Notes under the pieces: model-generated | Databases searched by the model: none | Seen by the model: only the letters and a program-made list of their open reading frames with translations | What the model was told of the DNA's origin: nothing | NCBI GenBank assembly: GCA_036493915.1 | Contig: DASXPA010000247.1 | Coordinates: 6,085-70,084 of the forward strand | Length of the DNA stretch: 64,000 nt | Direction: 5' to 3' | From: Chthoniobacterales bacterium | Lineage (GTDB): Bacteria; Verrucomicrobiota; Verrucomicrobiia; Chthoniobacterales; UBA10450 | Translations under genes and position numbers: made by a program | Shown here: positions 8,670 through 15,346 of the stretch, piece by piece | Numbering within the stretch: the stretch's first letter is position 1 | Layout of the letters: every line of letters begins with the position of its first letter

Positions 8670-9325
8670 CGGTGGCAGACGGAGCAGTTCGTTAGGCGAC
8701 CGGTCGTGTCGATGCCGTATTGCCTAACGAGCCGGGCACCCTGTTCCTCCTGATCGGGCGGCGGTTTCCAGTGCAGATCGTAAATTTTGTCGCGCGGGCG
8801 GACGTAATTTTGCGGAGCGCGATGGCACTCGAGACACCATTTCATGTAGAGGGTCTGCGTCCGCCAAGTGAGCGGCATCCGGTCCAGTTGCCCGTGGCAG
8901 GTGGAACAGCCGACGCCTTTGGCGATGTGGATGCTGTGATTGAAAAAGACGAAGTCGGGCAGGTCGTTGACCCGGTTCCACCGCAACGGCTGGTTGGTCG
9001 TTAGGCTGGCGCGCACGGGCTGGAGGACGGGGGCTTCGGTCCAGATTTGGGAATGGCAGGTCATACAAACCTCGGTGCTGGGGATGCCGGCGAAGCTCGA
9101 TTTCTCGACCGAGGTGTGGCAGTAACGGCAATCGATGCCGTCATCGCCGACGTGGTGTTTGTGACTGAAGGGCACCGGCTGATTGAGCGGGACGTCGACG
9201 TAGGTCGTGTAAGGCGACCAGAAAAGCGCGTAGGTGAGCCAGATCGCGCCGCCCAGCGCAACCACGACGACCACGATCGTGACCTTGGCATGGACATTTG
9301 CCTTGCGCGGAAAGATCTGAGCCAT
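8666..9325 (-). CDS. actA: alternative complex III subunit ActA (pentaheme cytochrome c, N-terminal membrane anchor)
   Basis: 219 aa. Five CxxCH motifs (CRYCH, CMTCH, CSTCH, CLECH, CSVCH). N-terminal TM helix VTIVVVVVALGGAIWLTYALF. Confidence 0.9.
   Translation of the reverse strand: MAQIFPRKANVHAKVTIVVVVVALGGAIWLTYALFWSPYTTYVDVPLNQPVPFSHKHHVGDDGIDCRYCHTSVEKSSFAGIPSTEVCMTCHSQIWTEAPVLQPVRASLTTNQPLRWNRVNDLPDFVFFNHSIHIAKGVGCSTCHGQLDRMPLTWRTQTLYMKWCLECHRAPQNYVRPRDKIYDLHWKPPPDQEEQGARLVRQYGIDTTGRLTNCSVCHR
8689..8730. repeat. inverted pair of the abundant word TCGTTAGGC (TCGTTAGGC-N24-GCCTAACGA)
   Basis: Read directly from the sequence. The two 9-mers are exact reverse complements inside the 3' end of actA, next to the actA/actB junction. 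Confidence 0.9.
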
Positions 9326-9339
9326 CGACGCGCCTTACC

Positions 9340-9702
9340 CTACGAGCTCGCTCGGACCCACCGTTCTGCCTCCGCGAGATGCGCGCTGTCGAAATACTCC
9401 ACCTGGGTGTGGATGACGAAAATCGATCCGATCTTGGTCAGCCATTCTTGCCAACTCTTCTCCCCCACCATCGCGACGCGGTCCACCTGACGGGCGTGCT
9501 TCGTCCCGTAGCACAAGTCTTTCCAGGCGGCACCCGGTTCCCAGCCATGGAAGTTTTCCATGATGAAAAGCATCCTCATCGAGCCTTGCGCGGCGAGGAG
9601 TCGATCCCAGGCGGGAATGAGGTCGGCGTAATCCGCAGGGGTCAGTTTCTCACTCACCCGTACCGTGATGAGATTGCCTTCCTTTTGCGTAATTCGATGC
9701 AT
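9340..9702 (-). CDS. STAS/SpoIIAA-like protein (DUF3478-type)
   Basis: 120 aa. Pattern KLTPADYADLIPAWDRLL...FHGWEPGAAWKD...VDRVAMVGEKSWQEWL...YFDSAHLAEAERWV matches my memory of the DUF3478 family. Confidence 0.6.
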   Translation of the reverse strand: MHRITQKEGNLITVRVSEKLTPADYADLIPAWDRLLAAQGSMRMLFIMENFHGWEPGAAWKDLCYGTKHARQVDRVAMVGEKSWQEWLTKIGSIFVIHTQVEYFDSAHLAEAERWVRASS

Positions 9703-9773
9703 TCCCCGAGCGACCGCACGACGAGCGTGCTCTTTTTAATCGCCCAAGACAATACGAGAAGATGTCTCGAATC

Positions 9774-11600
9774 TCAGCGTTTGCGCACGTCGGCCGCGGC
9801 GCCCGGTTTCTCGGCGAGAACGTAGGCGGTATTGACGAGGCCGATGTGGGTGAACGCTTGCGGGAAATTTCCCAACTGCCGCTTCTTCTTCGGATCGTAT
9901 TCCTCCGAGAGAAGTCCGAGGTCGTTGCGCAGGGCGAGCAGACGTTCGAAAAGGAGGCGCGCTTCTTTCTTGCGCCCGACGAGATGGAGGCAATCGGCGA
10001 GCCAAAAAGAGCAAGGCAGAAAAACCCCCTCGTCGCCCGGCAGTCCGTCGATCTCCTTTTCGTTAGGCCGATAACGCAAGACGAAGCCGCCTGCCATCAA
10101 TTCACGCTCCACGGCCGCGATCGTGTTTTGAACCCGCTTGTCCTCGGGCGGGAGGAAGCCGACCATCGGCAACATGAGGATGCTGGCGTCCATCGCGTCC
10201 GACCCGTAGGCCTGAGTAAACGCTTTCACCTTTTTGTTGTAGCCGCGGGCGCAGACTTCGCGATGGATTTTGTCGCGCAGTTTGCGCCAGCCATCGATAT
10301 GCTTCTTGGCTGAGTAACCGGCTTTTTCGACCAGCTTCACAGCGCGATCGAAAGCCACCCAGGCCATCACTTTGGAATGGGTAAATTGCTGGCGCTTACC
10401 GCGCACTTCCCAAATCCCTTCGTCTGGCTTGTTCCATTTCCCTTCGAGATAATCGAGCAAGGCGACGTGCATTCGCCAATCGGCTTCGCTCGTCTCGATC
10501 CCGGCGCGCTGGCCTTGATACATCGAGTCGATGACTTCGCCGTAAACATCGAGCTGAAATTGCTCGGAGGCGGCATTGCCTTCGCGCACCGGCTTGGAAT
10601 TCGCGTAGCCGCTTAACCAGGGAAGCTGGTGCTCGGTCAAGCGCCGTTCGCCGCGCACGCCATACATGATCTGCAACTGCGCCGCGCTCCCCGCCATCGC
10701 CCGCAGGAGCCACTCCCGCCAGGCCTTGGCCTCCTCCCGGTAGCCGGCGTTGAGCAGAGAGAAGAGGGTAAAAGTCGCGTCGCGCAGCCAGCAGTAGCGG
10801 TAATCCCAGTTGCGCACTCCGCCGATCGATTCCGGCAGCGAAGTCGTCGCCGCCGCGACGATGCCGCCGGTGGGCGCATAGGTCAGCCCTTTCAAAGTAA
10901 TGAGCGAGCGCATGACCGCGTCGCGCCAGGGCGCCTCGCCATATGAGCAACGCCTCGACCAACTCCGCCAATAGCGTTCGGTCTGTGCGAGCGCGACCTC
11001 GGGCTCCACTTCTCGCGGCGGATCCTCGTGCGAGGGAAACCAGGTGAGGACAAACGGCACGCGGTCGCCTTTCTCCACAGAAAAATCCGCCACCGTCATG
11101 AGGTCTTCGCCATGGGTGGAGATGGGCGTGTGCAGGATGAGGGCATTGGGTCCGGCGACCGCTTCGAGGCCGCCGTGGCGCCGGCGCACCCAGGGAATGA
11201 TCGACCCGTAATCGAAGCGGATGATCAACTCCATCCGGATTTTCATTTTGCCTTCAAGGCCTTCGATGATCCGGACGATGTCGGGATTCGTACCGCGCGG
11301 CGGCATAAAATCGATGAAACGAATCGCGCCGGTGGCGGTGTAGACTTCCGTCTCCATGATCAGGGTGTCGCCCCGGTAACGCCGCTCGCGTTTTTTTATT
11401 TTGCCTTCCGGAGTGAAGGTCCAGCAGCCGTTCTTCTTTTTGCCTAACAATGCCGCAAAACACGCGGCGGAATCGAAACGCGGCAGGCAAAGCCAATCGA
11501 CGCTTCCGTCGCGACTGACGAGGGCGCAGCTCTGCGTGTCGCTGAGAAATGCGTAGTCCTCGATCGGGACCGTTCTCTTCTCTTTGTGCTGCGCGCTCAT
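9774..11600 (-). CDS. glycoside hydrolase family 15 (glucoamylase/trehalase-like)
   Basis: 608 aa. N-terminal beta-sandwich plus (alpha/alpha)6 domain motifs (AATTSLPESIGGVRNWDYRYCWLRDA, WEVRG, LSEEYDP...QLGNFPQAFTHIGLV). Confidence 0.85.
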   Translation of the reverse strand: MSAQHKEKRTVPIEDYAFLSDTQSCALVSRDGSVDWLCLPRFDSAACFAALLGKKKNGCWTFTPEGKIKKRERRYRGDTLIMETEVYTATGAIRFIDFMPPRGTNPDIVRIIEGLEGKMKIRMELIIRFDYGSIIPWVRRRHGGLEAVAGPNALILHTPISTHGEDLMTVADFSVEKGDRVPFVLTWFPSHEDPPREVEPEVALAQTERYWRSWSRRCSYGEAPWRDAVMRSLITLKGLTYAPTGGIVAAATTSLPESIGGVRNWDYRYCWLRDATFTLFSLLNAGYREEAKAWREWLLRAMAGSAAQLQIMYGVRGERRLTEHQLPWLSGYANSKPVREGNAASEQFQLDVYGEVIDSMYQGQRAGIETSEADWRMHVALLDYLEGKWNKPDEGIWEVRGKRQQFTHSKVMAWVAFDRAVKLVEKAGYSAKKHIDGWRKLRDKIHREVCARGYNKKVKAFTQAYGSDAMDASILMLPMVGFLPPEDKRVQNTIAAVERELMAGGFVLRYRPNEKEIDGLPGDEGVFLPCSFWLADCLHLVGRKKEARLLFERLLALRNDLGLLSEEYDPKKKRQLGNFPQAFTHIGLVNTAYVLAEKPGAAADVRKR

Positions 11601-11663
11601 CCTTGGGTTGACCCGAAAATTTTGAACGGCTCGCGCGGATTTCCCGTCACTAGTTGAGAAGAC

Positions 11664-12646
11664 ATGAACTCAAAAATCACTCGCTATTGTCTCGTTTCCG
11701 CGGTCGCGCTGACGCTGAGCGCGCCACATTTTTTATCCGCCGCGACCTCCTCTCCTAGCGCAACCGTTTCGCCGCCGCCAGCCTTTTCGCCGCCGCCGTT
11801 AGGCCAGACAAACCATTTTTCGCCGACCAATCTCGACCAGCGCATGGGGCAACTCGACAATCAACTCGACTCCGTTTTCGCAAATACATTTCGGAATTTT
11901 GGCGACTGGTTCGGGCCGAACAATCTCGGTTCCTCGATCGATCTGCGGGATCAAAAGGACAAATACGTCGTCCGCGTTTACGTCCCCGGCTCCGATACCT
12001 CGAAGGTCAACGCCCGCGTCGAAAACAACACGCTGCACGTCACCGCCGAAGGTGGAAAGACCAGGAAAAATTCCAGCCAAAGCGAACGCTACGAACAGAT
12101 CGTGAGTCTCCCCGGCCCGGTCGACGCGAGCAAAATGCGAATCGAGCGAAAGCAAAATCTCGTCGTCATCAACCTGCCGAAAGCGGTCGGTGCGACGGCA
12201 GCTGCCTCACCGACGGCAAGTCCTGAAACGTCGCCGTTTGAAAACAATTTCGCAGCCTTCGATCAATCGATCGTCAATCAAATGGCACGGATGCAGAGCC
12301 GGATGGACCAGATGTTTCGCGACGCTTTTCCCGACGAAAATGGCCTAACGAACGACTTCGGCACGATGCCGCTCGGTTCCGCCGTCCATGTCGACAACCA
12401 GAAAAACCAATACGTCGTCCACTTCTATCTGCCTAACAAAGACCTCAAGAACATCGACGTGAAATTGGAAAACGGACAACTCCGCCTGACCGCTTCCGAG
12501 AGCGAAAACGAGCAAAAGAAAACATGCGCAGCATCCAATCCGGCAGCTACGAGCAGCTCCTGACCCTGCCTGGTCCCGTGAAAAAAAACGGCATGAAAGT
12601 CGAGCGGCAGAACGGCACCATCGTCGTGACCCTCCCAAAGGCGTGA
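11664..12646 (+). pseudogene. secreted protein with two Hsp20/alpha-crystallin-like domains; reading frame broken near 12515-12522
   Basis: ORF 11664..12563 carries a signal peptide and one complete ACD (DKYVVRVYVPG...LHVTAEGG...ERYEQIVSLPGPVD...NLVVINLPKA). The second ACD starts in frame (NQYVVHFYLPN...LRLTASE) but finishes in the -1 frame (SYEQLLTLPGPVKKNGMKVERQNGTIVVTLPKA, stop 12644-12646). Confidence 0.6.
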
Positions 12647-12650
12647 TTTC

Positions 12651-13199
12651 TTAGGTGGGAGAAATGCGGGCGTCTTCGGGGGCGGGGGCGTCCGCAAACT
12701 CACCCTCGGCGAGCTGTGAGATTCCCTGGCGCGTCAGCCGAAAAATCGTCCAGTCATCGTTAGGCTTGGCTCCGAGTTTCCGATAGAACCGAATCGCCGG
12801 CTCATTCCAGTCGAGGACCGCCCACTCCATCCGTCCGCAATCGCGTTCTCTGGCGATTTCCGCCAGCCTAACGAGTAAAGCTCGCCCGTAGCCCTTCCCG
12901 CGCGCTTCCGGCCTAACGAAGAGATCTTCAAGATAAAGCCCGCGCCGCCCCATCCAGGTGGAGAAGTTGTGAAAGAAAAGCGCGAAACAAACCGGTTCGC
13001 GCGCCTCTTCCCCGAGCAGTACCTCCGCCGCGGGATGCGCGCCGAAGAGCGATTCCTGCAAACCAGCCTCCGACGCCACGACTTCGTTAGGCGCGCGTTC
13101 GTATTCTGCTAGTTCGTTGATGAGCTGCAAGATGACAGCTGTATCGGCGACGGTTGCAGTGCGGATGGCAAAGGCCCGCGCAGAGGAAATTGCTGTCAT
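12651..13199 (-). CDS. GNAT-family N-acetyltransferase
   Basis: 182 aa. Acetyl-CoA binding-type motif LFVRPEARGKGYGRALL. Overall diamine/aminoglycoside acetyltransferase-like layout. Confidence 0.8.
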   Translation of the reverse strand: MTAISSARAFAIRTATVADTAVILQLINELAEYERAPNEVVASEAGLQESLFGAHPAAEVLLGEEAREPVCFALFFHNFSTWMGRRGLYLEDLFVRPEARGKGYGRALLVRLAEIARERDCGRMEWAVLDWNEPAIRFYRKLGAKPNDDWTIFRLTRQGISQLAEGEFADAPAPEDARISPT

Positions 13200-13350
13200 C
13201 TCACGACCATGTCCGAAGATTAGAGCGTGTCATGCACTTTTGCAGGAGCCGACGACTGGAGGAACGGGCGACGTTCCGTCCGTGTTTGGCCAAGACGATC
13301 TTCTAAAATCCGTGTTTCATCCAGGTTCATCCGTGGCTAAGTAGTTCGCC

Positions 13351-15006
13351 GTGGACGCCCGCCTCGCCATCGATACCATCGTCCTTTTTGCCTACTTCTT
13401 CGGGATCGTGGCCCTCGGACTTTGGGCGGGCCGGCGCAACAAGAACCTCCGGGACTTCTCGTTAGGCTCGCGCTCCATTCCGTGGTGGGCAGTGCTCGCC
13501 TCGATTGTCGCGGCGGAGACGAGCGCGGCGACTTTCCTTGGCACGCCCGCAGAAGGCTTCAAGACGCGCGCCTATTTCTACGGACAATTGGTCATCGGCA
13601 CGATTCTCGCGCGCATCATCGTCGCACTCACCTTCATCAAGCCCTACTACGAATACCGGGTGCAGAGCGTCTACGAATTCCTCACCGTTCGCTTTGGCAC
13701 GAAGACAAAAAACATGGCGAGCGGCATCTTCCTCTTCACCCGCGTGCTCGGTATCGGTGTGCGTCTTTATCTCGGCGGTGCGATCATGGTAGTGGTCTGG
13801 CGCTATCTATTTCCAGCGCTTCCGGTCACGCTTAACACCTACATTTGGGGAATTATTTTCGTTACTGTGATCACGACGATTTACACCGCAGTCGGCGGGA
13901 TCAAGGCGGTGGTCTGGACTGATCTTATTCAAGCTGTCCTCATGTTTAGCTCGGTTATCTTCGCGATATTTCTTCTCATTCACAGCATTCCCGGTGGCCT
14001 AACGACTGTAGGAAAGAATCTTGGCGGCTGGGATCACGTGAAGCTTTTTCAGACCGGCTGGAACAGTTCGCTTCCCTTCGGCCGCGCGCTCAAGGCGATG
14101 CTGGAGGAACCCTACACGCTCTTCGCTGCATTTATTGGCTCAACCATGATCACGATGGCGACCCACGGCACCGACCAGGACATGGTGCAACGCATGTTGA
14201 CTGCCCCCGACTTTCGTAAATCACAACTCTCGCTCATCCTCAGCGGGGTAATGGATTTCCCTATCGCGGCCTCGTTCCTCACCGTCGGCATTTTGCTTTC
14301 GGTTTTTTACGCCGTCGTGCCGGGGAAAACTCCCCCCGCCGCCGACAACGAAATCTTCGGCTACTACATCGTGCATGAGATGCCGGTGGTCTTCCGCGGG
14401 CTCATCGTCGCGGGCGTGTTTGCGACTATGATGGGCTCGACATCCGCCGCCCTGAACGCGCTCGCTACCAGCTTCACGAAAGATTTTTATTTCCCCTACA
14501 TCAACCCAGGCGCAAGCGACCGCCAAGCCATCCGCGCGGCTCGCATCGCAACCGCGGTTTTCGGCATTCTCATGGTGATTGTCGCGGCGATGGCAGCGAA
14601 CGCAGTTTTGCAGGATGCGAAGTTAACTATCATCCCGATTGCTATCGGTATCCTTGGCTATACTTATGGGGCGCTGCTCGCGGTCTTTCTTCTCGGCATG
14701 CTTACGCGCGGCGGCGGGCGCGACGGCATCAATGTTGTCGCCATGCTTATCGGCATCGCTTCGGTGCTCATCCTTTGCAAAATCGCGCTGCCCGCGTTCG
14801 ACATCGGCGCGCTATTCCACGGTGAATTTCGGCACGCGGAATGGAACTTTGGATGGTTCATGCCGAAATGGTGGCCGGCCATTTCCTGGCCGTGGTTCAT
14901 CTTCGTCGGCAGCGCCGTGACGCTTGCCATCAGCGTCCTTTTTCCTACGCCGCCTGCGCAGATCATCGCGGCAGAGGAGCATGTGCGTGCGCAAATTGCA
15001 CCGTAG
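13351..15006 (+). CDS. sodium:solute symporter family (SSF/SLC5) transporter
   Basis: 551 aa with about 13-14 TM helices. N-terminal FSLGSRSIPWWAVLASIVAAETSAATFLGTP pattern typical of SSS transporters. GTG start. Confidence 0.8.
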   Translation: MDARLAIDTIVLFAYFFGIVALGLWAGRRNKNLRDFSLGSRSIPWWAVLASIVAAETSAATFLGTPAEGFKTRAYFYGQLVIGTILARIIVALTFIKPYYEYRVQSVYEFLTVRFGTKTKNMASGIFLFTRVLGIGVRLYLGGAIMVVVWRYLFPALPVTLNTYIWGIIFVTVITTIYTAVGGIKAVVWTDLIQAVLMFSSVIFAIFLLIHSIPGGLTTVGKNLGGWDHVKLFQTGWNSSLPFGRALKAMLEEPYTLFAAFIGSTMITMATHGTDQDMVQRMLTAPDFRKSQLSLILSGVMDFPIAASFLTVGILLSVFYAVVPGKTPPAADNEIFGYYIVHEMPVVFRGLIVAGVFATMMGSTSAALNALATSFTKDFYFPYINPGASDRQAIRAARIATAVFGILMVIVAAMAANAVLQDAKLTIIPIAIGILGYTYGALLAVFLLGMLTRGGGRDGINVVAMLIGIASVLILCKIALPAFDIGALFHGEFRHAEWNFGWFMPKWWPAISWPWFIFVGSAVTLAISVLFPTPPAQIIAAEEHVRAQIAP

Positions 15007-15231
15007 GGCCATTATCACGAACATTGTCTCGCGTCACGCTTCCCGATTCATGATCGCAGTCCTCGCCGTGACAACTTCCCGCGAGAGCCCAAAGACGACA
15101 GAGGCTGCCAAATTTCTCGCAGAAGACTAGTCTTCGCGTAGGAGTTTGGACGGATCGACGGCAAGTGCTCGCGAGACCGGAATGGCGGACGCTAAGGAAT
15201 CAGACGCGGACGACTCGGTGATCGTCCCTCC

Positions 15232-15322
15232 AGCCCTCAGAACGTGGGGCTACGTGGATTTCCCGAAGAACCTTCTCCGCCCGCTGCCATTCCTCGCGCC
15301 TCGCAGAGCGAAGCGTCCACAG
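15232..15322. repeat. degenerate copy of palindromic element family 2 (shares a 23-mer with 22746-22768)
   Basis: 15300-15322 TCGCAGAGCGAAGCGTCCACAGG is the exact reverse complement of 22746-22768. Weaker similarity extends about 70 bp upstream. Lies in the 340 bp convergent spacer. Confidence 0.6.
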
Positions 15323-15346
15323 GAGCGCCTCAAATCGGATGCCACT

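Noticed and set aside
13290-13344. The sequence AATCCGTGTTTCATCCAGGTTCATCCGTGGCTAAG upstream of the symporter gene looks like repeat-derived DNA I associate with Verrucomicrobia-type genomes.
   Set aside because: There is only one copy in this window and I cannot verify the family from memory. It was used only as a weak taxonomic hint.
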